Shown one piece after another: positions 46,468 through 57,876 of a stretch of 64,000 nucleotides of DNA; the first letter of the stretch is position 1, and each line of letters begins with the position of its first letter. The position numbers and the translations under genes are program-made. This DNA comes from Acidobacteriota bacterium (GTDB taxonomy: Bacteria > Acidobacteriota > Vicinamibacteria > Vicinamibacterales > UBA2999): contig CANKJK010000005.1 in the NCBI GenBank assembly GCA_947482665.1, positions 222 to 64,221 of the forward strand, written 5' to 3'. The notes under the pieces were generated by a model, which saw only the letters and a list, made by a program, of their open reading frames with translations, made no database searches and was not told where the DNA came from.

Positions 46468-47750
46468 GCCGGCCGCTGCCCATTCCAGGGCCCGACCGTC
46501 ATCAGGTCGAGGCACTCAACGAGCGGTACCTGCTCGATGCGCCAGGAGCGGCGGGCGGGCTGCGTCAGCAGCTCCTGCGACCGCTTCGGCGGCTCGCATT
46601 CCGGATTCTCGCGCCGCAGCTCCAACGGCAGCAGCACTTCAACGCCCTCGTCGTCGACCACCTGAACCGGATGGATCAGTGGGCGCAACGGGCACACGCG
46701 CTGAACGAGGAGGCACTCATCTGGACGGAGGGAAACCTCTTCGGCTTCTCGCAGCGCCTCGACGGCATGGAGCTCTCGGCCGACGACCTCCGACGCCACC
46801 GCGAGGCTGCCGACGCACGCGAGCGGCGCGCGGGTGCCTCTGTCGAACGCCTCTCCGCCGCGCATGAAGAGTTGCAGAGCGCCATCAGCCTGCTGCAGGT
46901 GGCGACGCACAGCCTGCAGCGGGACCTGACCCGCGCCGCGTCTGCCGCCAGGGCGGCCGCTCCGGCTGCACCAACGGTCGCGGGTGTCGGCGTGACCGTG
47001 CAAGCCGTGGCGGGCACCGCACCCGTGGTCACTACGGTGGATGGGACGGACTTCTCGCGCGACGGCGGCTACAAGTACGTCGGCTTCGAAGAGCGGTTCC
47101 GCGGTTCGCAGGATGACATCCGCCAGCGACAGCTCGACTACGTCTCGCTGTTCGCCGGTGCCTCGGATGTGCTCGATGTGGGCTGCGGCCGAGGGGAATT
47201 CCTGACGCTGCTCGGCGAGCAGGGCATCACCGCGCGCGGCCTGGACATCAACCAGACGATGGTTGACGTGTGTCAGGAGAAGGGTCTCGCCGCCACCGCC
47301 GGAGATGCGGTGGCCTATCTGCGGTCGTTGCCCGATGCGTCTCTCGGCGGCCTGATTGCCGCGCAGGTCGTGGAGCACTTCGACCCGCCCTATCTCAACG
47401 CCTTCATCGAAGCCGCCTTCACGAAGCTCAGGCCCGGCGCGGTCATCGTGCTCGAGACCATCAATCCGGCGTGCTGGTATGCCTTCTTCTCCAGCTACAT
47501 CCGGGACTACACCCACAAGCAGCCCCTGCATCCCGAGACGCTCGGCTTCCTGCTGGGCGCCTCCGGTTTCCAGCGCGTGGATCTCCGCTATCTCGCTCCC
47601 GTGGCAGACAGCCAGAAGCTCCAGCGCCTTGCCGCGCTCCCCGGCACGCCGCTCGCCGATGTCGTGGAAGCGCTGAATGCCAACCTCGACCGGCTGAACG
47701 GCCTGCTCTTCGCCTGTCAGGACTACGCCGCCATCGGCCACCGTCCGTGA
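46464..47750 (+). CDS. Class I SAM-dependent methyltransferase with long N-terminal coiled-coil-like region
   Basis: ATGA overlap with the thiG stop. The SAM motif is [12 protein letters not shown]...GLDIN. The distal segment reads AAQVVEHF...[12 protein letters not shown]. Confidence 0.8.
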   Translation: MSRPLPIPGPDRHQVEALNERYLLDAPGAAGGLRQQLLRPLRRLAFRILAPQLQRQQHFNALVVDHLNRMDQWAQRAHALNEEALIWTEGNLFGFSQRLDGMELSADDLRRHREAADARERRAGASVERLSAAHEELQSAISLLQVATHSLQRDLTRAASAARAAAPAAPTVAGVGVTVQAVAGTAPVVTTVDGTDFSRDGGYKYVGFEERFRGSQDDIRQRQLDYVSLFAGASDVLDVGCGRGEFLTLLGEQGITARGLDINQTMVDVCQEKGLAATAGDAVAYLRSLPDASLGGLIAAQVVEHFDPPYLNAFIEAAFTKLRPGAVIVLETINPACWYAFFSSYIRDYTHKQPLHPETLGFLLGASGFQRVDLRYLAPVADSQKLQRLAALPGTPLADVVEALNANLDRLNGLLFACQDYAAIGHRP

Positions 47751-47784
47751 GCACTGCGCGCGCGCCACACACCCGAGGGAGGGC

Positions 47785-49734
47785 GTGACGGCCCGCGTCG
47801 CGACCGCCCTTGCGCGGATGGCCGGCGCCGCGCTCCTGCTGGCTGCCCTGGCGGTGGCCGCGGGCGCGCCAGAGATTCCCCTCCGGCTCAAGGCCGCGTG
47901 CGCCGTGGTGATGGCGGCCGCCCTCGCACAACCGGTCGCAGGACTGCTGCTCGTCAGCGCCCTTGCACCGGCCGGGCTCCTCCTGGCGCCGGCTCCGGCG
48001 AGCGCCGCCGAGGCCCTCGCGTGGAGTTTCGTTGCCGGCTGGCTCGCGGCGATCTGGCGTCCGCTTCAGACACGCACGGTGCCGTCGTTTGCGGGGAGGA
48101 GCATCGCCGTCTACGCGGGCGTCGTCGGCACCTCCTGGCTTGGGCTGATCCTCGCCAATGCCGGCGGCATCCCCCTCGTGCATCTGCCGGGATTCCTGCT
48201 CCGCGCCGTCTCACCTGACTATCTGGTCTTCTCCAGCCCGGAGCCCGAGACCTGGAGCGCCATTCATGCACTGACCGGGCTGGCCCTGCTCGCGGCAGGC
48301 CTCGTCCTCGCCAGAAACGAGCCGCGCCTCGCGCGCTGGCTCGCGGCCACTCTCGTGGGCACCTCGGCGGTGCTCGGTCTGGCCACGCTCGGAGGCGTGT
48401 GGCGTGAGTGGGCCACGCAGGGCTACGGCGGCTGGTATCTCTGGCGGTACGCCACGGGCGTGCGGTACAGCCTCCACCTGACGGACCTGAACGCGGCCGG
48501 GTCGCTCTTCGTTCTCGCCGGCCTGGTGGCCGCCTCGCTGGCTGTCACCGGCCTGTGGCGCGGCCTCGCCGCCGGAGCCGTCGTACTGATGCTCCCGGCA
48601 CTCTGGCTGAGCGGATCGCGTAGCGCCGTGACCGGCGCGGTGGCCGCCGGGGCGCTGATGCTCCTCTGGGGACCCGGGCGCTCGGGCGTCTCGAAGCTGG
48701 GCCCGCGCGTCGTCCTGCCGGCCGCCGTGCTCCTGGTCGTCGTGCTGGGCGGCGTGTTCGTGACCTCATCGCTCACCAACGACCCGACCGGTACGGCCAG
48801 CGCATCACTCGGCATGCGGTCAGAGTTCGCCGCCACCAGCACGCGCATGATCGCGTCCGCGCCGGCCTTCGGCCTCGGCATCGGACGCTACTACCCACGC
48901 TCACCTGAGTTCATGTCGACGCGCCTGCGTGCCCTCTACCCCTATGAGAACGCCCACAACTACTTCCTTCAGCAGTTCGCCGAGCTGGGCCTGATTGGCG
49001 GCGGGTTGTTCCTGCTGATGCTGGGGGTGCTGTGTCGCGGCATATGGACGGCACTGCACCGCCGTCCGGAGCCAGCCGAGACGGCGCTCTTCACGGGGGT
49101 GATCGCATATCTCGCCACGTGTCTCACCGGGCATCCGCTCCTGGTGCCAGAGGCCGCCCTTCCCTTTTGGGCGGCGCTGGGTGTTGCCGCGGCCGCGATC
49201 CCCGCGGAGACAGGCCAGGCACCGGTCTGGCGGGGGTGGCTGATACGCGCCGTCCCGGTCGTGCTGCTGTCATCGCTCGCTGTTTCGGCCCTGGGTGCCA
49301 CCCGCGTGTTTCCCGCGCCGCCTGATCGCGGATTCCACGATGAGCAGAACGGCGACGGTGTGAAGTACCGCTGGACCACGCGCCACGCCGTGGCCTGGGT
49401 GCAGCCGGACGTCGGCTTCCTGACGATCGATGTGCAGGCGCCGGCCCTTCCTGACCGCGGACGTCCCTTCGTGGTGCAACTCGAAGCCGACGGACGACTT
49501 GTCCAGGAGGCCGTGGTTCCCGCGGGGCGCTGGACCCAGGTGGGTGTCGCCCTGCGCACGCGCAGCACGCGGCCGCGGCGCCGCATCGATTTGCGGGTCA
49601 ACCAGGTGTGGACGGAGAAGCGGGACCGGCCCGGGCCGAACGTCACCGATGACCGGCCGCGCGGCATCATGGCGGCGTATCCGCTGCTGCACCCGGTCGA
49701 CGCCGTCATCCGGCAACCGGGAGAGCACCGGTGA
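47785..49734 (+). CDS. O-antigen ligase / Wzy-like polytopic membrane protein with extra C-terminal soluble domain
   Basis: GTG start after GAGGGAGGG. At least 10 TM segments are present. The Wzy_C-type loop is LSGSRSAVTG...AHNYFLQQFAELGLIGG. The last ~170 aa are non-membrane. Confidence 0.78.
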   Translation: MTARVATALARMAGAALLLAALAVAAGAPEIPLRLKAACAVVMAAALAQPVAGLLLVSALAPAGLLLAPAPASAAEALAWSFVAGWLAAIWRPLQTRTVPSFAGRSIAVYAGVVGTSWLGLILANAGGIPLVHLPGFLLRAVSPDYLVFSSPEPETWSAIHALTGLALLAAGLVLARNEPRLARWLAATLVGTSAVLGLATLGGVWREWATQGYGGWYLWRYATGVRYSLHLTDLNAAGSLFVLAGLVAASLAVTGLWRGLAAGAVVLMLPALWLSGSRSAVTGAVAAGALMLLWGPGRSGVSKLGPRVVLPAAVLLVVVLGGVFVTSSLTNDPTGTASASLGMRSEFAATSTRMIASAPAFGLGIGRYYPRSPEFMSTRLRALYPYENAHNYFLQQFAELGLIGGGLFLLMLGVLCRGIWTALHRRPEPAETALFTGVIAYLATCLTGHPLLVPEAALPFWAALGVAAAAIPAETGQAPVWRGWLIRAVPVVLLSSLAVSALGATRVFPAPPDRGFHDEQNGDGVKYRWTTRHAVAWVQPDVGFLTIDVQAPALPDRGRPFVVQLEADGRLVQEAVVPAGRWTQVGVALRTRSTRPRRRIDLRVNQVWTEKRDRPGPNVTDDRPRGIMAAYPLLHPVDAVIRQPGEHR

Positions 49735-49771
49735 GTCCGAACCGGCCGAGTACCCCGTGGAGGGGACAGCG

Positions 49772-50209
49772 ATGAAGGGTCTGCACACACGCGCACTGGC
49801 CAGCCTCGTGGCGCTGGCGATGGCGGCCGTGGCTTCGGCCGCCTGCGACATGCTGACCGGTCCGTCGTCGCTGACGGAGGCCCAGATCATCGGCACGTGG
49901 ACGCTGACGTCAGTGCAGCCAACCGGCCAGGGCTCGCAGAACACGCCGGCAGGCGCCCTCTACACGTTGACGCTCGCAGAGGGGAAGCTCTCGACGCGCG
50001 CCGACTGCAACAGCTGCGCGGGTCAGTACACGCTCTCGGGAAAGATGCTGACGGCTGGGCCGGCGCTGGCGTGCACCAGGGCCGCGTGCGCGACGGCCGC
50101 GTTCGAGACCGCCTACACGTCGATTCTTGGCGGCGAGAGCACGGTGACGGCCACGGTCACAGCGCTCACGCTCACATCGTCGCGCGGCACATTGCGGTTC
50201 TCGCGGTAG
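49772..50209 (+). CDS. META-domain (HslJ-like) lipoprotein
   Basis: The ATG follows GGAGGGGA. Lipobox-like sequence is LAMAAVASAAC. Sequence shows GTWTLTSV...YTLTLAEGKLSTRADCNSCAGQYTLSG. Confidence 0.7.
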   Translation: MKGLHTRALASLVALAMAAVASAACDMLTGPSSLTEAQIIGTWTLTSVQPTGQGSQNTPAGALYTLTLAEGKLSTRADCNSCAGQYTLSGKMLTAGPALACTRAACATAAFETAYTSILGGESTVTATVTALTLTSSRGTLRFSR

Positions 50210-50273
50210 CATCCGCGAGCTGATCAGGCCGGCGGGCCGGCGCACCTGTGGCCTCGCGTGAGGCCCGGGCGCG

Positions 50274-51575
50274 CTACAGCCGGAAGATGTTCGGCGAGTC
50301 CGTGCCCTTGAGAGCGTTGCGTGTGTCGAGCACGAGCGGAAAGCGCGTCGGCATCGCGGCGTAGTCGAACACGCTGTGATTCGTGCAGATGACGGCGATG
50401 TCCATGCCGGCCCCGGCTTCTCCCTCGGGTACCGAGGTGAGGTCAAGGTCTCCATGCTTCAGCACGGGCACGAACGGGTCCGTGTAGCTCAGGACGGCGC
50501 CGCGGCGCTCCAGCAACTCCATCACGTCCAGCGCGGGAGACTCGCGCATGTCGTTGACGTCCTTCTTGTAGGCGACGCCGAAGACATGCACACGCGAGCC
50601 GTTGATCGCCTTCTTCCGGGTGTTGAGCGCCTCGCCAACCCGTTCGACGACAAAGTTCGGCATCGAGCCGTTGATCTGGCCGGCCAGCTCGATGAAGCGG
50701 CACTCAAAGCCACTCTGCCTGGCTTTCCACGAGAGATAGAACGGATCGATCGGGATGCAGTGGCCCCCGAGGCCTGGCCCTGGATAGAACGGCATGAAGC
50801 CGAAGGGCTTGGTGCCCGCGGCGTCGATGACCTCCCAGACATCCAGGTCCATACGGTTCGACATCAGCGCCAGCTCGTTGACCAGACCGATGTTCACGGC
50901 CCGAAACGTGTTCTCGAGCAGCTTCACCATTTCCGCCACGCGCGTCGAACTCACCGGCACGACATGGTCGATGACCGCACCGTAGAACGCGCGGGCCAGC
51001 TCCGTGCTGGCGGGATTCATGCCGCCAACCACCTTGGGAATCGTGCGGGTGCTGAAGTTCGGATTCCCCGGATCGACGCGTTCCGGCGAGAACGCCAGGA
51101 AGAAGTCCGTCCCCGCCACCAACCCGACCGATTCGAGCGCCGGCTGTACCACCTCATCGGTGGTGCCGGGATACGTGGTGGACTCCAGAATGACCAGCTG
51201 TCCCTTCCGGAGATGCGCCTTCACCGCCTCCACGGCCTGCACGACGAACGACAGGTCAGGGTCGCGCGTCTTATTGAGGGGTGTGGGCACGCAGATGTCG
51301 ATGACGTCCATGCCGGCCAGCTGCGCCATGTCCGCCGTGGCGTTCAGGCGGCCTGCGCGCACGACCTCTGCGAGGTGCGCCTCAGGCACATCGCCGATGT
51401 AGCTGTGGCCGGCGTTGACGGCAGCCACTTTCGAGGCGTCGACGTCAAACCCGGTCACGTGGAATCCGGCCGCGGCGAACTCGACCGCGAGGGGCAGGCC
51501 CACGTAGCCGAGGCCGATGATGCCCACGCGCGCGGTGCGCTGATTGATGCGCTCCTTCAGACTCTGCATGGTCAT
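50274..51575 (-). CDS. Nucleotide-sugar dehydrogenase (UDP-GlcNAc/ManNAc dehydrogenase-like, WbpA/WecC/TviB family)
   Basis: VGIIGLGYVGLPLAVEFA...FSPERVDPGN...GGHCIPIDP are present. Confidence 0.9.
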   Translation of the reverse strand: MTMQSLKERINQRTARVGIIGLGYVGLPLAVEFAAAGFHVTGFDVDASKVAAVNAGHSYIGDVPEAHLAEVVRAGRLNATADMAQLAGMDVIDICVPTPLNKTRDPDLSFVVQAVEAVKAHLRKGQLVILESTTYPGTTDEVVQPALESVGLVAGTDFFLAFSPERVDPGNPNFSTRTIPKVVGGMNPASTELARAFYGAVIDHVVPVSSTRVAEMVKLLENTFRAVNIGLVNELALMSNRMDLDVWEVIDAAGTKPFGFMPFYPGPGLGGHCIPIDPFYLSWKARQSGFECRFIELAGQINGSMPNFVVERVGEALNTRKKAINGSRVHVFGVAYKKDVNDMRESPALDVMELLERRGAVLSYTDPFVPVLKHGDLDLTSVPEGEAGAGMDIAVICTNHSVFDYAAMPTRFPLVLDTRNALKGTDSPNIFRL

Positions 51576-51584
51576 GATTGTTCT

Positions 51585-53514
<1,930 letters not shown>

Positions 53515-53558
53515 CGTACCATTTCGTTTGAAAACACGGCAACGAACGAGGCATCCCA

Positions 53559-54659
53559 GTGGAACCCAGTGAAATCGAGGTCGCGGTTATCGGAGGCGGC
53601 GTCATAGGCCTCTCGGCCGCGCGAGCCATCGCGGCATCAGGCCGCAGCGTCTGCGTCCTGGAGCGGGAACACCGGCCCGGGATGGGCACCAGCACGCACA
53701 ACAGTCAGGTCATCCACGCAGGGCTCTACTACCCGGCGGGGAGCCTCAAGGCGCAGCACTGTGTGGAAGGGGCAGCGGCGCTCTACGCGTTCTGCGACAC
53801 CTATCAGGTGCCTGTCCGGCGCATCGGCAAGCTTGTCGTGGCCTATTCGGCTGGGGATGCCGAACGGCTCGACGCCATCCGCGCCAGGGGCGTGGCCAAC
53901 GGCGCGACCCGCCTCACGATGGTGGACACCGCGTTCGTGCGGGCGCGCGAACCTCACGTGCGTCCCCCGGTTGCCGCGATGTTCTCGCCAGACACGGGAA
54001 TCCTGGAAGCCGAAGCGCTCGTACGGACATTGGCCCAGCTCTGCCGGGATCAGGAGGTGGCGGTGCTGGCGGGCACCCCATTGGTGGCCTGCGAGGTGTT
54101 GCCGGAATCGATCACCCTGGTGACGCCTGCGGAACGGATCCGGGCCCGGGTCGTCGTCAACGCGGCCGGACTCTACGCGGACGACGTCTCGGCTCTGGCG
54201 GGCGGCGACCCATTCACGATCTATCCGTGCCGGGGAGAGTATGCCGAGCTGATCCCGTCACGCCGCGGCTTGGTGCAGGGCCTCGTCTACCCGCTGCCGC
54301 ATACCCATGGCCTCGGCGTCCACATCACCAAGACCATGGCTGGTGCCGTGACCTTCGGTCCCACGGCCGCCTATCAGGATCGCAAGGACGACTACGAACA
54401 GAACCGGCTGCCAGTGGAGGCCTTCCTGGAGCCGGCGCGGGAGCTGCTCCCCGCCATCACGCTGGACGACCTGCGTCCGGGCGGCACCGGCATCCGTCCC
54501 AAGATCCACCCGGCCAGTGAATCGTTCGGAGACTTCCTCATCCGACGCGACAGCCGCGTGCCGCGTCTCATTCACGCGGCCGGCATTGAGTCGCCTGGCC
54601 TGACGGCCTGCCTCTCGATTGCCCGCGAGCTCGCGGCACTGGTTGCCGAGACCTGCTGA
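53559..54659 (+). CDS. FAD-dependent oxidoreductase (L-2-hydroxyglutarate oxidase/LhgO-like)
   Basis: GTG start. Sequence shows VAVIGGGVIGLSAARAIA...THNSQVIHAGLYYPAGSLKAQHC. Confidence 0.78.
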   Translation: MEPSEIEVAVIGGGVIGLSAARAIAASGRSVCVLEREHRPGMGTSTHNSQVIHAGLYYPAGSLKAQHCVEGAAALYAFCDTYQVPVRRIGKLVVAYSAGDAERLDAIRARGVANGATRLTMVDTAFVRAREPHVRPPVAAMFSPDTGILEAEALVRTLAQLCRDQEVAVLAGTPLVACEVLPESITLVTPAERIRARVVVNAAGLYADDVSALAGGDPFTIYPCRGEYAELIPSRRGLVQGLVYPLPHTHGLGVHITKTMAGAVTFGPTAAYQDRKDDYEQNRLPVEAFLEPARELLPAITLDDLRPGGTGIRPKIHPASESFGDFLIRRDSRVPRLIHAAGIESPGLTACLSIARELAALVAETC

Positions 54660-54793
54660 GACGGTCGCCGCGGAGGCCAGGAGTTCGGGCGTCCGGTTCC
54701 AGCGCGACTGACGTGAACGAGCCCGGCGTCTTTCACTCGCGCCCGCGGAGCGCAGGAAGGGTACCCGGCCCCTCGACACCGGCGACGTCCGGC

Positions 54794-55246
54794 CTATTGG
54801 ACCGCCAGGAGCGTGATGTCGAAGACCAGCGTCGCGTTCGGCGGGATGACATTGCCGGCGCCGCGACTGCCGTACCCGAGGGCTGGCGGGATCACGAGCC
54901 GGCGCTGGCCGCCGATCTTCATCCCGGGAACGCCCTGATCCCAGCCGGCAATGACCTGACCCGCTCCCACCGTGAAGGCAAACGAGGCCGACGAGTCGAA
55001 CTGCGTCCCCTTCCCGTCCGCTCGGCTCGTGTCATACAGCCAGCCTGTGTAGGCCACGGTCACACGGTTTCCTGCCGCCGCTGTCGCACCAGTGCCCGCC
55101 ACCAGATCCGTCTGGGAGTACGGGGCACTTGAGGTGGTGACACTGGAGGGGGAGGTCGGCGACCCGCAGGCCGCCAGGGTGGCGCCGGCCGCCACGGCCA
55201 GCACGAGTGCGAGGCGCGCGAACACGCGATTCATCATGCTGGCCAT
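54794..55246 (-). CDS. FKBP-type peptidyl-prolyl isomerase lipoprotein
   Basis: Start trimmed to MASMMNRVFARLALVLAVAAGATLAAC. Sequence shows VTVAYTGWL...FDSS...FAFTVGAGQVIAGWDQGVPGMKIGGQRRLVIPPALGYG. Confidence 0.88.
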   Translation of the reverse strand: MASMMNRVFARLALVLAVAAGATLAACGSPTSPSSVTTSSAPYSQTDLVAGTGATAAAGNRVTVAYTGWLYDTSRADGKGTQFDSSASFAFTVGAGQVIAGWDQGVPGMKIGGQRRLVIPPALGYGSRGAGNVIPPNATLVFDITLLAVQ

Positions 55247-55259
55247 TGTACCGGCCGGA

Positions 55260-56072
55260 TCAATGGGTGAGCGCGTAGAGAACCATATCCACGCCCAGTT
55301 CATAGCCCTCGACCGAAAAACGCTTGAAGAACTCCGGGTCCTCCTCCTCGCGCTCCCAGGAGTCGCCCATGTCGGTATTGAAGGTCATCGCCACCATGAC
55401 CCGTCCATGGCGGTCGAGGACGGCTCTGAGATGCGCGCCCCGGTTCTGCTCACTCTGCTCGATGACGTCACCGGTCCGCCGCCAGTTATTGATGTTGGTA
55501 ATCTGCGGCATCTCACGGACGTTGTAGAGCGTATGGAAGACCGGATGCTCGAGCGGCAACTCCACGATCGGATAGTCCGATGGCGGCAGCACGCGTGCCA
55601 GCTGTGAGGTCCACTGCGCCCATGCCGCTTCTCCCCAGAAGTCGTCGACCCAGAGGAACCCGCCCTTCAGCAGATAGTTCCGTAGGCGTTCAGCCTCGAG
55701 CACACTGAGACCGATCGTGCCGACATCGGACGCCATCAGGAACGGGCACTGGAAGAGCGCATCGTCGGTCAGCGAGACGACCCAGTGGTTTGGCTCCGTG
55801 CCATCGCGGCTGATCGGCGTGCGGGTGAGCTCCGAGGTCCGGATCATCAGATGGGTCCCGGCGAACGGATAGTCGGTCCACCAGCCAATGCCCATCGGCT
55901 CCCGGCGCACCGAGTTGTACATGAGCTTGCAGAATGCGAACCGGCCGTCGCTGAAGACAGATTGCTGGGGCGGGTGGCGGATCGGCGAACCGGGGCCCTC
56001 GCGCAGATAACGCTGCGCGCCGACGGCTCCACCGAGCAGGACCACAAGACATGCCGCCAGAAGCCAGCGCAT
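55260..56072 (-). CDS. Secreted DUF4159 domain protein (copy 1)
   Basis: 270 aa with a signal peptide. Sequence shows FAFCKLMYNSVRREPMGIGWWTDYP...CPFLMASDVG...LRNYLLKGGFLWVDDFWG...NTDMGDSWE. Confidence 0.8.
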   Translation of the reverse strand: MRWLLAACLVVLLGGAVGAQRYLREGPGSPIRHPPQQSVFSDGRFAFCKLMYNSVRREPMGIGWWTDYPFAGTHLMIRTSELTRTPISRDGTEPNHWVVSLTDDALFQCPFLMASDVGTIGLSVLEAERLRNYLLKGGFLWVDDFWGEAAWAQWTSQLARVLPPSDYPIVELPLEHPVFHTLYNVREMPQITNINNWRRTGDVIEQSEQNRGAHLRAVLDRHGRVMVAMTFNTDMGDSWEREEEDPEFFKRFSVEGYELGVDMVLYALTH

Positions 56073-56074
56073 GG

Positions 56075-56932
56075 TCAGTGCGTCATCGCGTACACCACGA
56101 TGTCCGCCCCGATGGCGTACGCGACGGTGGAGAACCGCCGGAAGTAATCGGGACTCACCGCCTCTTCTTCGTAGGCATCACCGAAGTCGGTGTTGTGGGT
56201 CATGAAGACCATCACCCGGCCGGTCCGCGGCTCGAGTACCGCGCGAGCAGGCGTCTCCGGGCTGTCCGGCCCGCGCTCGGACGTCTGGTGCCGGCTCACC
56301 CACAGTCCGACATTGGGAATCTGCGGCACCCGTTCGATGTTGAAGAGGGTGTGAAACAGCGGGTGGTCCATGGGCAGGTCGATCACGGGAAACGTGCCGC
56401 CCGGCAGCACGATGGCCAGTTGCTGCCGCCACCAGTCCCAGGCGTAGCTGCCCCACGAGTCATCAGCCCAGAGAAAGCCGCCCTTGAGCAGGTACGTCCG
56501 CAGTTGCTCCGCTTCGTCCTCGTCGAAGTAGGCGCCGCCAGGCTCGGTCATCATGATGAACGGACACAGCAACAGGTCGGGTTCGGACGCCGTCGTGACC
56601 ATGTGCCTGGGCCGGCCACGCTCATCCGCGCTGATCCGGATCTTGGTCACTTCGGAGAGCCGCGACGAGAGATTCTCGTCCGCCCGGGGATAGTCCACGA
56701 ACCAACCACCGCCGTCGCCATCGGGCGCGTTACGGAAGCGGAGCCGGCAGAATTGAAACTGGCCGGTATAGCCGGCGGGCAACGTCCGGCTGGTGGCCCT
56801 GGGGTCGGCGCGCGGGAACCGGCCGAGCGGATCGATGCCGAACGGCGTCTGGACAATCTGCTGCCCGCTCACCATCGTCACCGCCGCAGCCACCAGCAGC
56901 AGCGCTGTCACGCGGACACGCGTTCCCCGCAT
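56075..56932 (-). CDS. Secreted DUF4159 domain protein (copy 2, divergent paralog)
   Basis: Start trimmed to MRGTRVRVTALLLVAAAVTMVSG. Sequence shows FQFCRLRF...GGGWFVDYP...CPFIMMTEPG...LRTYLLKGGFLWADDSWG...NTDFGDAYE. Its stop lies 2 nt before the copy 1 start. Confidence 0.8.
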   Translation of the reverse strand: MRGTRVRVTALLLVAAAVTMVSGQQIVQTPFGIDPLGRFPRADPRATSRTLPAGYTGQFQFCRLRFRNAPDGDGGGWFVDYPRADENLSSRLSEVTKIRISADERGRPRHMVTTASEPDLLLCPFIMMTEPGGAYFDEDEAEQLRTYLLKGGFLWADDSWGSYAWDWWRQQLAIVLPGGTFPVIDLPMDHPLFHTLFNIERVPQIPNVGLWVSRHQTSERGPDSPETPARAVLEPRTGRVMVFMTHNTDFGDAYEEEAVSPDYFRRFSTVAYAIGADIVVYAMTH

Positions 56933-57012
56933 GGCCGGAGTGTACGCGATCACCCGCGGGCACACCGCTGGCATCGTGCGACGCCGAAGCAGCCGGTGGA
57001 GGTGAGAGAACG

Positions 57013-57876
57013 CTACAGCGCGAGGTGGCGGAGGTGCCACCACTGGCGGGCCGCCAGCAGGACATGCGCGACCATACGCATGGGGTTCAGGCGCCCGGGC
57101 GCGACGTGCGTGTCGTAGTAGCGCCTCGCGCTCGTATGGAACGCACGGATCGAGGCGGCCTGCGCCGTCCGGCTCGAGTGACCGACACGGTGAACGGCCG
57201 TCGCCGCAGGGACATACCGCACGTGATACCCCGTGTGCCGGAGCCGGCGACACAGGTCGGCATCCTCCCAATAGAGGAAGTAGCGCTCATCGAAGCCGCC
57301 GACACGCGCAAGCGCGGAGCGGCGACCCAGCAGGCATGCGCCGGAGAGCCAGTCGACGACATGGCTCTCACGAGGGTCGAGCGCCGACGGGTCGATGACG
57401 TTTCGCCTGGCGGCAGGCAGCCACGGGAGCCAGCGCGTGAGCACCTGGCGACGGCCGAACAGTCCTGTCAGCATGTCCGGATCGCCCCGGGCGCTCCCCT
57501 GGACGGTGCCGTCCAGATTCAGGATCCTGGGGCCGGCCATCGCGCACGCGTCGTGCGCGGCCAGCACCGCCTCGAGTCCCGCCAGCGCTCCGGGTTCCAG
57601 GCGGGCGTCGGGATTCATGATGAGCACAAGAGGCGCCGTTGTGGCGGCGATCGCCTGGTTGACCGCCGTGCCGAAGCCGACGTTCACGGCGTTGGAGATC
57701 AGCGAGACGGCGGGAGCGAAGCGCGCCACCTGAGCGGCGCATGACTCGGCCGAGGCGTTGTCGACGACGACGCCTTCCCAGACGCGGCCCTGCAGCTCGG
57801 CCGCGACCGACTCAAGCGCATGGATGATTTCATCCCCTGCGTTGTAGTCCACAAGGACGACCGCGATCTCAGGCAT
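57013..57876 (-). CDS. Family 2 glycosyltransferase
   Basis: IAVVLVDYNAGDEI...VVVDNASAE...NVGFGTAVNQ...LIMNPDARL. Confidence 0.88.
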   Translation of the reverse strand: MPEIAVVLVDYNAGDEIIHALESVAAELQGRVWEGVVVDNASAESCAAQVARFAPAVSLISNAVNVGFGTAVNQAIAATTAPLVLIMNPDARLEPGALAGLEAVLAAHDACAMAGPRILNLDGTVQGSARGDPDMLTGLFGRRQVLTRWLPWLPAARRNVIDPSALDPRESHVVDWLSGACLLGRRSALARVGGFDERYFLYWEDADLCRRLRHTGYHVRYVPAATAVHRVGHSSRTAQAASIRAFHTSARRYYDTHVAPGRLNPMRMVAHVLLAARQWWHLRHLAL

